Positions 8,537-17,228 of a stretch of 35,792 bases of DNA are shown here, piece by piece. The position numbers and the translations under genes are program-made. Origin of the DNA: a virus (lineage: Duplodnaviria; Caudoviricetes); IMG/VR virus record IMGVR_UViG_3300033406_000366, positions 1 through 35,792 of that record. One strand, written 5' to 3'. Within the stretch, counting starts at the first letter, position 1. The number at the start of each line of letters is the position of its first letter. The notes under the pieces were generated by a model, which did not search any database, was not told the DNA's origin, and worked only from the letters and a program-made list of their open reading frames with translations.

Positions 8537-8766
8537 AACGACTGTTACCGAAAAACACGGATCGGACGCCGGAAAAGACAAGCGAATTTACTTATGTTTT
8601 TCGTTGTTCTTGCGGGGCCGAGATCAAACGCGACCTTTGGCCTGGAATGATAAACGAAAACCGACGGGCCAGATCAGACCTAAAAGATTTTAGCGCCAAA
8701 CATTCCGAGTTTTTCAATCGTGGCCACGCGACCAAAGTTATACAAGAGGGGAGGATCCCATTATGA
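8524..8766 (+). CDS. Hypothetical protein
   Basis: GGAGG RBS; overlaps both flanking genes. Confidence 0.65.
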   Translation: MAALKRLLPKNTDRTPEKTSEFTYVFRCSCGAEIKRDLWPGMINENRRARSDLKDFSAKHSEFFNRGHATKVIQEGRIPL

Positions 8767-9272
8767 CCATAAAAGAGGCCGCGCAACTTATCGCGATCGT
8801 CGTCGGGGCCATGCCGCAATACCAGGACAAAGAGCTGACGCCGACGGCCCGAACATGGGCCTTGATCCTAGGCGACATTGATTACAAAACGGCAGAAATG
8901 GCCCTGTTTTCCGTAATGCGGACCTGGACGTCGTCGTTTTTTCCGCCGCCTGGCCTGATCGTCGAGGCGGCGCACAATATGAGAAATACAACACCGGCGG
9001 CGGAAATCGCCTGGCAGGAGGTAACGAAAAAGCTAAATCCTTACCAGGGGCCAACCTGGTCGGATCCTCTGATCGGCGAGGCCGTCCGCGTCCTAGGTTA
9101 TCGGAACCTTTGCAGCAGCGAAAATCCTGTTGCCGATCGGGCGCATTTTTTCAAGGTTTATGAAAGCCTGCAGAAACGGCAGCGGGCGGATCGGGAAACC
9201 GAAACCGTCCGCCGCCTGGTCCAAAAAACGACGATATTGATAGGGGGAAAAGAAAATGGCATCAGACTTTAA
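8763..9272 (+). CDS. Helicase loader/inhibitor (SPP1 G39P-like N-terminus)
   Basis: MTIKEAAQLIAIV...W..ILGDIDY..A..AL...FFPPP pattern; located after the initiator. Confidence 0.7.
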   Translation: MTIKEAAQLIAIVVGAMPQYQDKELTPTARTWALILGDIDYKTAEMALFSVMRTWTSSFFPPPGLIVEAAHNMRNTTPAAEIAWQEVTKKLNPYQGPTWSDPLIGEAVRVLGYRNLCSSENPVADRAHFFKVYESLQKRQRADRETETVRRLVQKTTILIGGKENGIRL

Positions 9273-9669
9273 CCAGGTAACAATTACAGGGCGCCTTACT
9301 AGGGATCCAGAGGTCCGGACAACGTCGACCGACAAGATCGTCGCGAATTTCAGCGTCGCCTGCAATCGCATGAAGGACGGACAGGCCGATTTTATCGACT
9401 GCGTCGCCTGGGATAAGCTAGGCGAGATTGTCGGCAACAACCTGGCGAAAGGGCGCCGCGTGTTAGTGTCCGGCCGCCTGCAGGTCCGCAGCTACGAAAC
9501 GAACGATGGGCAAAAGCGCAAGGCGACGGAAGTCCTGGCCAACCAGGTCCAGTTTTTAGACAGCAAGAACGGCGGATCCGAGCAGCAGGCAAAAAGCAAT
9601 GAGGCCGGCGGCAGCGTAATGGACGGCTTTGGTAGCAACGTGTTTCCAGGGGAAGAAATTCCTTTTTAG
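9256..9669 (+). CDS. ssb: Single-stranded DNA-binding protein
   Basis: NQVTITGRLTRDPEVR, ADFIDCVAW, GRLQVRSYE and C-terminal EEIPF. Confidence 0.96.
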   Translation: MASDFNQVTITGRLTRDPEVRTTSTDKIVANFSVACNRMKDGQADFIDCVAWDKLGEIVGNNLAKGRRVLVSGRLQVRSYETNDGQKRKATEVLANQVQFLDSKNGGSEQQAKSNEAGGSVMDGFGSNVFPGEEIPF

Positions 9670-9707
9670 AATATTCTGATAAAAACTCGAGTATGGGAGG
9701 GCAAACA

Positions 9708-10136
9708 ATGACAAAAGACTACCCGCAAAACGTAAGACCGACAACAAAATTCGTAAGGCCAGGGCAAGATCCCTGGCCTCAAATCTGCCACATGATCGAA
9801 GAATTGGGCGAAATTGCAAAGGCAGCCAGGGAAGGAGATCTGTTTTCTGCCGGACTAGAGGCCGCCGATCTGCAGCTTTCGGCCGAAACACTAATCGCTG
9901 ACCTGCAACTAGACGGAAACGAACTTCGCGCCCTGGCAATCGAAAAGAACGAGGCGCGCGGCTATTACCAGGAAGAACGATCCTTAGAACGGCGCATGAT
10001 CGACGACGTTATCGCCCAGATCGCCCAGGAAACCGGCCGGAGAGTAAAGGCCGTCTATATCATCGAACAGGAGGGAATGAACGATGAAACCGGAGACAGT
10101 GACGACGCCGATCGGCGTAATCAAAAGCTGCAATAA
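9708..10136 (+). CDS. MazG-like all-alpha NTP pyrophosphohydrolase
   Basis: HMIEELGEI...EAADL (EExxE...ExxD) and KNEARGYY; GGGAGG RBS before ATG 9708. Confidence 0.65.
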   Translation: MTKDYPQNVRPTTKFVRPGQDPWPQICHMIEELGEIAKAAREGDLFSAGLEAADLQLSAETLIADLQLDGNELRALAIEKNEARGYYQEERSLERRMIDDVIAQIAQETGRRVKAVYIIEQEGMNDETGDSDDADRRNQKLQ

Positions 10137-10461
10137 CGGAAACATCGAGATCGTACACGCGGAAACGGCAAATCTGCTGCAATCAATCGCTGCAAACCCG
10201 AAACGATTTTTAAAATATACCACAGAACTTGAATTCGCGCTTTTAACGATCCATCAGGCCGTCGTCGAAAAACCGTTCAACAGCGCGCCGGAAACGGCCA
10301 GTCTGGCCGTCAATATTGCCGGTACCATGCAGGTAAAGCGCAACCAGGACCGGATCGGCCGGCTGCAGCTAGACAATGACAAGCTGCGAACGGAAAACAA
10401 CGGACTGCGTCGTCAACTGGCCAAAGCGGTCGGAGTATGGAAGGAGGACGAAGTCGAATGA
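10084..10461 (+). CDS. Hypothetical protein with C-terminal coiled coil
   Basis: GGAGGG RBS; co-oriented within the early operon. Confidence 0.65.
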   Translation: MKPETVTTPIGVIKSCNNGNIEIVHAETANLLQSIAANPKRFLKYTTELEFALLTIHQAVVEKPFNSAPETASLAVNIAGTMQVKRNQDRIGRLQLDNDKLRTENNGLRRQLAKAVGVWKEDEVE

Positions 10462-10577
10462 AAAACGCGTTTATTGCGATCACGGTTATTTTTATTGTCT
10501 TGAAAATCGGGATATTCGGCGCTAATCAGTTTTTCTATAACATCTTCGACCTGCTTACGCCGTTTAGAAACCTATGA
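10458..10577 (+). CDS. Small membrane protein (39 aa, MKNAFIAITVIF...)
   Basis: AAGGAGG RBS, ATGA coupling, hydrophobic helix. Confidence 0.6.
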   Translation: MKNAFIAITVIFIVLKIGIFGANQFFYNIFDLLTPFRNL

Positions 10578-10741
10578 AACCGGCCGCGCAGCTTGTATAT
10601 TTCTGCGACTATTGCGGGGCCATGTATATGACCGAACAGGGCGCAAATCAGCACGAAAAACGGTACTGCAAGAAAAACACGAGCCGGAAACCGGCACAAA
10701 AGCCAGAAAAAGGCCAGGATCTTTTCGCGGAAATACTGTAA
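10574..10741 (+). CDS. Small zinc-finger-like protein (55 aa)
   Basis: YFCDYCG...HEKRYC; ATGA-coupled to the previous ORF; read from the sequence. Confidence 0.55.
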   Translation: MKPAAQLVYFCDYCGAMYMTEQGANQHEKRYCKKNTSRKPAQKPEKGQDLFAEIL

Positions 10742-10758
10742 AAACAGGAGGGAGAGAA

Positions 10759-10884
10759 ATGATATTTGTGATTATCTGTTTTGCCTTTCTAACCGGTTTA
10801 TTCAGCGGAATGATCGTAATATCGAGGTATTACGACAAGAGGATCCGCGCGGCGAATTGGGGGCAAAATCCGTATGTCGACTAA
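10759..10884 (+). CDS. Small membrane protein (41 aa, MIFVIICFAF...)
   Basis: AGGAGG RBS before ATG 10759; single hydrophobic helix. Confidence 0.6.
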   Translation: MIFVIICFAFLTGLFSGMIVISRYYDKRIRAANWGQNPYVD

Positions 10885-11353
10885 AATCGCCTTCACCTAC
10901 TTTGGCCGCGAACACGGCCAGCAGCGCAGCGGGAACCAAATCAAGCAGCGGCCGGACGGCACCAACTACGTCAAGCACTACGACCAACCGAAAAGCGCCG
11001 CCTTTAAAACGGAAATAAAATACCTGTTTATCAACGCGGCCAACAAGCAGCGAGGAATAACCTGGCCGATCGACGGGCCGGTCGAATTATGCGTCACCGT
11101 GTACCGATCGACGCCGACGTCTTGGTCGAAAAAGAAAAAGGCCGAGGCGGCAGCCGGCTTTATCCTACCAACGACAAAGCCGGACCTGAAAAATATTATC
11201 TGGGGAATAGAGGACGCTTTGAATGGCCTGGCATACAAGGACGACGGTCAAGTTTGCAGCTTTGGGCGATCCTGCAAGCTATACACCGACGGCCCGCCGA
11301 GAATTGAAATCGAGGTCGAGCAACTTGTCACGACTGGCCCAAATGACCATTAA
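10874..11353 (+). CDS. rusA: RusA-family Holliday junction resolvase
   Basis: PTTKPDLKNI...IEDALNGLAYKDDGQV motif. Confidence 0.9.
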   Translation: MSTKIAFTYFGREHGQQRSGNQIKQRPDGTNYVKHYDQPKSAAFKTEIKYLFINAANKQRGITWPIDGPVELCVTVYRSTPTSWSKKKKAEAAAGFILPTTKPDLKNIIWGIEDALNGLAYKDDGQVCSFGRSCKLYTDGPPRIEIEVEQLVTTGPNDH

Positions 11354-11510
11354 CACGTTTACCTGCGATTGTTGCGGAAATGCGTTTCCGCTGCCGCGCA
11401 AGGAAAACGAGCGACGCCCAAAAAACCATATTAAACACCTGTACTGTATTAAATGCCACGACGTAACGCCGCACTTGGAACATTACGAAAGGGGGATTTT
11501 TAGAGGATGA
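11343..11510 (+). CDS. Small zinc-ribbon protein resembling ribosomal protein bL33
   Basis: 55 aa; FTCDCCG...KHLYCIKCHDVTPHLE resembles the C-x2-C...KKYC-x2-C-x2-HT-x-H-x-E pattern of bL33. Confidence 0.55.
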   Translation: MTINTFTCDCCGNAFPLPRKENERRPKNHIKHLYCIKCHDVTPHLEHYERGIFRG

Positions 11511-12013
11511 CGACAACCAACGGAGGACCAACGATTGCAGACTGCGACCGCCAGAACCGGATCGCCGGCGGCTGGCTATTATACTACGACGACCGACTGG
11601 AAGAATTAACGCTGCAGGTCCAGGACATTCAGGAGGCCAGCGCAGCCAGCATGAACAGCGCGCAATGTCGGAACGGATCCGGAATTTCTGATCCCACGGC
11701 CCGCAAAGCCCTGGCCCTGGCGACACCGGAACTAATTCAACAGGAAAATTGGCTAGCCCTGATCCGCGAGGTCGAGGCCAAGCTACCGGACCAATACCGA
11801 ATATTCCTTTTCTGGCGCCGGAAATACCGGTATTATCGAGGCCGAAAAGGATGGATCCCTTTAGTACAAAGAAAATTCGCGGCGGACATGGCGAAAATAG
11901 CCGGTCAAGACGAAGAAGAAGTATGGCGCAGCGAACGAACTTTAGGCGTATATTGGGACAAGATGGTCGACTATACGGTCCGCCTTGCTATAAAAAGGGG
12001 ATTGCTAACATGA
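11507..12013 (+). CDS. RinA/ArpU-like late transcriptional activator
   Basis: SGISDPTARKALAL motif, helical C-terminus, position near the end of the early region. Confidence 0.7.
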   Translation: MTTTNGGPTIADCDRQNRIAGGWLLYYDDRLEELTLQVQDIQEASAASMNSAQCRNGSGISDPTARKALALATPELIQQENWLALIREVEAKLPDQYRIFLFWRRKYRYYRGRKGWIPLVQRKFAADMAKIAGQDEEEVWRSERTLGVYWDKMVDYTVRLAIKRGLLT

Positions 12014-12495
12014 TCGGGACAGAGGAAAAAGAAAGAAGGTCCAGGGCGATTACGTCGTCTTGGACCTATGTGGAGGCAGCAAAGAAGTGTCCAGGACTTT
12101 CAGCAAGCGCCCTGCGAAGATATGCGATCTGGAATAAAATCCATTTAAAAAGCGGGGATAAGCCGAAAGTTAAACGAGCAAAAAAAGACACGAATAGGCG
12201 AATGGGACTGTATCAACAAGGGTTAAGCGATAAGAAAATCGCCGAAATAGAAGGATTGACAGAAAACACGATATTTTTATGGAGAAAGCGCAACGGATTA
12301 CCGGCCAACCGCAAAGGATCGAATCGAATGGCCAGGCGAAACATAACTGAACCCATACGGAGTTTTTTCCGTGAATTCGCCAAGGAGTATATCGAACGGA
12401 AATTACGCGAAAAACGACTGGCCTTTCACGACAACATTCTGAAAGGGGGAGGAATATGGCCAACACTAAACGCGGCTACGGCAGCGGGAAAATGA
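12010..12495 (+). CDS. HTH DNA-binding protein
   Basis: LYQQGLSDKKIAEIEGLTENTIFLWRKRNGL HTH; start moved to ATG 12010. Confidence 0.7.
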   Translation: MIGTEEKERRSRAITSSWTYVEAAKKCPGLSASALRRYAIWNKIHLKSGDKPKVKRAKKDTNRRMGLYQQGLSDKKIAEIEGLTENTIFLWRKRNGLPANRKGSNRMARRNITEPIRSFFREFAKEYIERKLREKRLAFHDNILKGGGIWPTLNAATAAGK

Positions 12496-12572
12496 AATAT
12501 ACCCGCGCCGAGGTCAATCACTGGACGGCCTGGCAGCGGAAAGAGAAAAAGCGCCATGAGGCCAAGAAATGA
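12456..12572 (+). CDS. Small basic protein (38 aa, MANTKRGYGSG...)
   Basis: GGGGGAGG RBS; stop overlaps the next start. Confidence 0.5.
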   Translation: MANTKRGYGSGKMKYTRAEVNHWTAWQRKEKKRHEAKK

Positions 12573-12799
12573 ATAAAATGTTAGACAGGGTTTTTTGGAC
12601 CATTGCGGCGATAATGTGGACCATAGTATTTTTCGGCTCAACGGTGAATGATCTGGCGGCAGCAAGGACCGAGATCGCTGCGCTGCGGGCCGAGGTCAAG
12701 CAATTACGGACTGACCTGGACCAAAGAACGCACCCGCGCACCATCCAGGACCGGACGATCAACTGGATCCTGCGGACGGGAGAATTTGAGGGGGATTGA
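12569..12799 (+). CDS. Small membrane-anchored coiled-coil protein
   Basis: N-terminal hydrophobic helix followed by a heptad pattern. Confidence 0.65.
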   Translation: MNKMLDRVFWTIAAIMWTIVFFGSTVNDLAAARTEIAALRAEVKQLRTDLDQRTHPRTIQDRTINWILRTGEFEGD

Positions 12800-12800
12800 A

Positions 12801-12971
12801 ATGGATATCGACGAAAGAATTCAAGAGATCAGTGCGGTTGTTAATATAATTCACGATCTTTGTATAAAGTCGGACATTAGTTTATTCGCAAAAAACAACA
12901 AAGGGACGTTGCTTGTTTGTGTTAAAGATCATAACAATGGCAAAGAATACGGATTAAAAAAGGGGCGTTAA
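12801..12971 (+). CDS. Hypothetical protein
   Basis: GAGGGGG RBS then ATG 12801; AT-rich. Confidence 0.6.
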   Translation: MDIDERIQEISAVVNIIHDLCIKSDISLFAKNNKGTLLVCVKDHNNGKEYGLKKGR

Positions 12972-12973
12972 TT

Positions 12974-13240
12974 ATGAATAAAATACAAATAAACGCATCA
13001 AAAAACGTGTTTGATAGAAAAATACTGATTGACGGAAAACCCGTTTTCGCCAGCGCGGCGATCCTTCAACTTGACACAAGGGGACTTCCGACATTAGCGA
13101 TTAGTATTCCGATTGTAACTGAGTGCGAGGTTGAAGGAGAGGCGGAAATAAAAATCAACGCCGCACCTGTTAGCGACGAGATCGGCCGGAAGGTCTACGA
13201 GGCGTTAAAGGAAAGGTATGAAGGCGGGAAAGAAAAATGA
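12974..13240 (+). CDS. Hypothetical protein
   Basis: Tightly packed co-oriented ORF with RBS. Confidence 0.65.
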   Translation: MNKIQINASKNVFDRKILIDGKPVFASAAILQLDTRGLPTLAISIPIVTECEVEGEAEIKINAAPVSDEIGRKVYEALKERYEGGKEK

Positions 13241-13440
13241 TAACACCGGAAGAAAGATATTGTAACGATGTTCTTTTTCGTTCGTTGGTCGATTTTTTGA
13301 CGCAAACGCTTTTAAAAACGCATATAACTATATCTGACATAAGGGACGCTGCCGAACTGGCGGAATTTATAAGCAAAGCCACCAAGCCAATTGAAAATAA
13401 TATTTCGCCGCTGCAGCACAACACAGAAAAACAAGAATAG
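13237..13440 (+). CDS. Hypothetical protein
   Basis: ATGA overlap with the previous gene. Confidence 0.6.
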   Translation: MITPEERYCNDVLFRSLVDFLTQTLLKTHITISDIRDAAELAEFISKATKPIENNISPLQHNTEKQE

Positions 13441-13457
13441 AATATACACTAGGAAAG

Positions 13458-13530
13458 GCGGCAGGGAAATCCTGCGGGGATCGCGGATAATGGCGGACTT
13501 GTTTCTTGCCGATCGGGGCGGGGATAATAT
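13458..13530 (+). promoter_or_regulatory. Putative activator-dependent late promoter
   Basis: GCGG direct repeats at 13474, 13483 and 13493 (about one helical turn apart), then a weak TTGTTT-18-GATAAT. Confidence 0.4.
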
Positions 13531-13551
13531 TCGCGACTTTCCAAGTGAGAG

Positions 13552-13579
13552 AGGACCGGAGAGGCACCGGTCCTTTTTT
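13552..13579 (+). terminator. Intrinsic terminator
   Basis: AGGACCGG-AGAGGCA-CCGGTCCT-TTTTT. Confidence 0.85.
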
Positions 13580-13582
13580 ATT

Positions 13583-13654
13583 CGGCCGCGCTATGGAAAG
13601 CGCCGGGCGACGCACAAGCCAGGAACCCAGGATCGAAACCTGGGCGGCCGCCCA
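13583..13654 (+). ncRNA. tRNA-like element (degenerate tRNA or tRNA mimic)
   Basis: Perfect 7-bp acceptor CGGCCGC/GCGGCCG plus C plus CCA; T-arm CCAGG-ATCGAAA-CCTGG; short D-like hairpin GCT-ATGGAA-AGC; imperfect anticodon arm. Confidence 0.65.
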
Positions 13655-13674
13655 AAAGAAAGCGAGGCGATTTT

Positions 13675-13896
13675 GTGAGATTGGTACCGGTTATAACGTC
13701 AAAACCGTACAACTTGATGAAACAAATTAAGCGGAGAATTGAGAAAATCGGCCTGACTGATATAAAGTATCTAGCGACAGAAATAAACCTGGCAGACGGC
13801 ACGATTGCGACTGTTTGCGTGATAAGTGACCAAGGAGGCGCATATACGGCCTTCAACCAAAAGCCAGATATTATTTTTAAGATCGTTGACGATTAG
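13675..13896 (+). CDS. Hypothetical protein
   Basis: GAGG RBS, GTG start, directly upstream of terS. Confidence 0.55.
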   Translation: MRLVPVITSKPYNLMKQIKRRIEKIGLTDIKYLATEINLADGTIATVCVISDQGGAYTAFNQKPDIIFKIVDD

Positions 13897-13911
13897 AGAG
13901 GGGGAAACCGA

Positions 13912-14430
13912 ATGGCATTGAGCGACAAACAAGAAACTTTTTGCAGGGAATATTTGGTAGATTTAAACGGGACACAGGCAGCCATTCGGGCGGGATATTC
14001 GGCCAGGACGGCCAGAGAACAGGCGACGCGACTGTTGGCAAATGTTCACATACGCGCCCGCGTCGACGAAATGATGGCGGCCCGCAGCATGAGGACAGAA
14101 ATCACGGCCGACGTTGTTATCAGGGAACTGGCCAGGATCGCGCTAGTTGATCCGCTGGATATTATAGACGCTGACGACGCCACCGTCACCGACAGCGCAA
14201 CCAAGGACCAACGGGCAGCCATTCAGTCGATCAAGGTAAAAAAACGGCCCACAGATTACGGCGACGAGATCGAGCGCGAAGTAAAGCTGCACGACAAAGT
14301 CAAGGCCCTGGACCTGCTAGGGAAACACCTGGGAATGTTCACCGATAAAAAAGAAATCACCGGCCCAGGGGGCGCGCCGATCCCGCTGGCCATATCTGTC
14401 GAATATGTCAAACCTGATCCAACCGATTAA
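13912..14430 (+). CDS. terS: Terminase small subunit
   Basis: LSDKQETFCREYLVDLNGTQAAIRAGYS and DKVKALDLLGKHLGMF. Confidence 0.95.
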   Translation: MALSDKQETFCREYLVDLNGTQAAIRAGYSARTAREQATRLLANVHIRARVDEMMAARSMRTEITADVVIRELARIALVDPLDIIDADDATVTDSATKDQRAAIQSIKVKKRPTDYGDEIEREVKLHDKVKALDLLGKHLGMFTDKKEITGPGGAPIPLAISVEYVKPDPTD

Positions 14431-15673
14431 CGTCAAGCTGAATTACGTTTTCGCGCCGGCCAACGAAACGCGAAAGCGGTACCGAATGATGAAAGGATCG
14501 GCCGGATCCGGCAAGAGCCAAAATATCGCGACCGATTACATACTGAAACTTTCTAGCGCCTTGTATAAGGGCGCTAATTTATTGGTATTACGCAAGATCG
14601 AGGCATCCAATCGCGATAGCACTTACGCAGAACTAACCGGCGCAATCAATCGGATCTACGGCGATAAGGCGGACGTCGTCTGGAAGGCCAGTATAAACCC
14701 TATGCGGCTATACTGCCGGCAGAACGGATCCGAGATTATTTTCCGAGGCATGAACGACGCCAGGCAGCGCGAGAAAGTGAAGTCGATCAACTTCGCAAAA
14801 GGGAAATTGACTTGGATCTGGATGGAGGAGGCCAGCGAATTTGAGGCCGACGACCTGGAAATCCTGGACGACCGGCTGCGGGGCGAAATGCCGAATCCGA
14901 ATTTATACTATCAGATCACCGGATCATTCAATCCGATCAATGCGGAACATTGGCTAAAGCAGCGATTTTGGGACTACCAGGACGCGGACACGTTCACACA
15001 CCACAGCACCTACAAGGACAACGTCTTTTGTGATCCTGCGTTCCTGCGCCGCATGGATCGACGCCGGCGCTTGGATCCGGAGGGGTACCGCATTTATGGC
15101 CTGGGCGAGTGGGGAACAACCGGCGGCCTGATCCTGACGCGCTGGCAGCTAAAAGACTTCGATCGCAGCCCGCACCTGTTCGACAGCCGGATCCTGGCGC
15201 AAGACTTCGGCTTTAACCATGCAAACGCCTTATTGGAAATCGGCTTTAAGGATGGCGACCTGTACGTCCTGCGCGAATTGTATGTCCACGAAAAAGACAC
15301 GGCCGAGATCATCGACCTGGCCGAAGGCGGCGGATTTGATAAGTCACTGACCATGTTTTGCGATAGCGCCGAGCCGGACCGTATCGCTATGTGGCAAAAA
15401 GCCGGTTGGAACGCGCGGGCGGTAAAAAAAGAACCTGGCTGCGTCAAGGCCCAGATCGACTATTTAAAGCAGCGGGCCATTTATATCCATCCTGTTTGTG
15501 CCAACACGGCCAAAGAGGCGGGCGCCTGGCGCTGGAAAAAAGACCGGATCACAAACAAATACTTAGACGAACCGGTCGAGATCTTCGACGACGCTATGGC
15601 TGCGCTGCGGTATGGAATAGAAGAAGTGAGGAACCCAGAAGGCCGGCCCTGGTCCGGCTATATTGATTTTTAG
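14405..15673 (+). CDS. terL: Terminase large subunit (PBSX/SPP1-like)
   Basis: KGSAGSGKS Walker A, WMEEASE Walker B, SFNP, QDFGF, CDSAEP and DDAMAALRYG. Confidence 0.95.
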   Translation: MSNLIQPINVKLNYVFAPANETRKRYRMMKGSAGSGKSQNIATDYILKLSSALYKGANLLVLRKIEASNRDSTYAELTGAINRIYGDKADVVWKASINPMRLYCRQNGSEIIFRGMNDARQREKVKSINFAKGKLTWIWMEEASEFEADDLEILDDRLRGEMPNPNLYYQITGSFNPINAEHWLKQRFWDYQDADTFTHHSTYKDNVFCDPAFLRRMDRRRRLDPEGYRIYGLGEWGTTGGLILTRWQLKDFDRSPHLFDSRILAQDFGFNHANALLEIGFKDGDLYVLRELYVHEKDTAEIIDLAEGGGFDKSLTMFCDSAEPDRIAMWQKAGWNARAVKKEPGCVKAQIDYLKQRAIYIHPVCANTAKEAGAWRWKKDRITNKYLDEPVEIFDDAMAALRYGIEEVRNPEGRPWSGYIDF

Positions 15674-15683
15674 GAGGCGAACA

Positions 15684-17210
15684 ATGGCAAAAGCGACGTC
15701 CTTAACGCTATTAAGCAATTGGGAAAACTACAACCTACTGCATGACGCTTATTTTGGGACTGGCGGCTTTGCCGACGGGACCTATTTAGTCAAGCACAAG
15801 CGCGAACGCGTGACGAACTACGACAACCGGCGGGAGATTGCCTATTACCTGAATTACCTGGCCAGCGTCGTAAACAGCCACGTTGATCCAGTTTTTCGCG
15901 AACCACCGCAGCGGGAATGGACCACGCAGGGCAAAGGATCAGACCTGTACGGCCTATTCCTGGACGACATAGACACGGCCGGAACGGCAGCGAATATCTT
16001 TTGGAAAAGGGCCGGCCTTGTCGCGAAACTGTACGGCGTCGCGCCGATCGTCGTCGACAACCTGGCGGCAGCGGACCAACCGGCCACGCTGGCCGGCGTC
16101 CTGGAAAAGCGGGCGATCCCTTACGCCTATATCGTAGAGCCTGGCCGCGTGTATTCGTACCAGGTCAACCGGTTCGGCCGCCTGACGCAATTCGCTTACA
16201 AAGAGATTGCCGACGGCCTTATCAACGACACGACGATTGTCCAGTACAACACCCGCGAATGGACGGAAACCGGCTGGCGCCTATACGATCCTAGTATGAC
16301 GCTAATCGACCAGGGCGATCATAACCTGGGCCGCGTCCCTGTCGTACTGTTTAAGTCGCGCCCTGCGGCTGCAGAGGTCGTTTTGCCGCCGTCGGAATTC
16401 GGGCCGATCGCAAAAACAAACCTGCATTTATACCAGGTTACGTCCTGGCTGGCCGAGATCATGCAAAATCAAACCTTTTCGATTTTGGTCTATCCGTCGA
16501 AAGATCCGTCAAACCTGGTAATCGGGACAAACAACGCGATCGGCTACGACGGCACGACGGCGAAAAATCCGCCGGCCTTTATCGCGCCGCCAGCCGATCC
16601 GGCAACGATCCTGGCCGATCAGATCGACCGACTGATCCAGGAGATCCACCGGATGGCCAAACAGACCTTTGCCAATGGCACGAAGGCGGCCAACAGCGCC
16701 GACAGCAAGGCCTGGGACTTCGAGAAAAGCAATCAGGTCCTTGTCGACTTTGCCGTCAACGTCGAGACGGCCGAAAAGGACGTCGCCAGGCTATTCGGGC
16801 AATGGACGCGGACGGACGTCGGCCTGCAGGTCGAATATCCGCGCGACTTTTCGATCCTGGACGTCGGCGAAGAACTGAAAAACGCGCAGCAGGCCATTGA
16901 CCTGAACCTGGGCGATCGGTTCCTGATTGAAGTCGCGAAAAAGATCATCAGCGCCTATCTGCCGAACCTGGAACCGGAAACGGCCAAGGCAATCGTTGAC
17001 GACCTGGAACGCGGCGCCGTCGATAAAATGCAAAGCCAAAACGGCGACTATTTCACGCCGGCCGGCGACGACACAACCGGCGGCAGCGCAGCAGCGGCCA
17101 ACCTGGACAGCAAGGTCCAGGCATTGATCGCGGCGATTGACAAACAGGATCCCCAGATCAAGGCGGCCCTTGTCGCGGCCCTGACCAAACAGGCCGGCGG
17201 ATCCGATTAG
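15684..17210 (+). CDS. Portal protein
   Basis: Follows terL; ~508 aa; HNLGRVPVV portal-like motif; AGGAGG RBS before ATG 15684. Confidence 0.85.
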   Translation: MAKATSLTLLSNWENYNLLHDAYFGTGGFADGTYLVKHKRERVTNYDNRREIAYYLNYLASVVNSHVDPVFREPPQREWTTQGKGSDLYGLFLDDIDTAGTAANIFWKRAGLVAKLYGVAPIVVDNLAAADQPATLAGVLEKRAIPYAYIVEPGRVYSYQVNRFGRLTQFAYKEIADGLINDTTIVQYNTREWTETGWRLYDPSMTLIDQGDHNLGRVPVVLFKSRPAAAEVVLPPSEFGPIAKTNLHLYQVTSWLAEIMQNQTFSILVYPSKDPSNLVIGTNNAIGYDGTTAKNPPAFIAPPADPATILADQIDRLIQEIHRMAKQTFANGTKAANSADSKAWDFEKSNQVLVDFAVNVETAEKDVARLFGQWTRTDVGLQVEYPRDFSILDVGEELKNAQQAIDLNLGDRFLIEVAKKIISAYLPNLEPETAKAIVDDLERGAVDKMQSQNGDYFTPAGDDTTGGSAAAANLDSKVQALIAAIDKQDPQIKAALVAALTKQAGGSD

Positions 17211-17228
17211 TAAAGGAGGCGGACCGTT

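Noticed and set aside
11749-12009. N-terminal extensions in the ORF track (also at 10612, 11223, 12648, 19250, 31223, 34022, 34452)
   Set aside because: They overlap upstream genes; downstream starts with an RBS or stop-start coupling fit better.
13583-13654. Functional tRNA-Cys(GCA)
   Set aside because: Lacks U8 and U33, has a mismatched anticodon stem, and has C rather than U as discriminator; kept only as tRNA-like.
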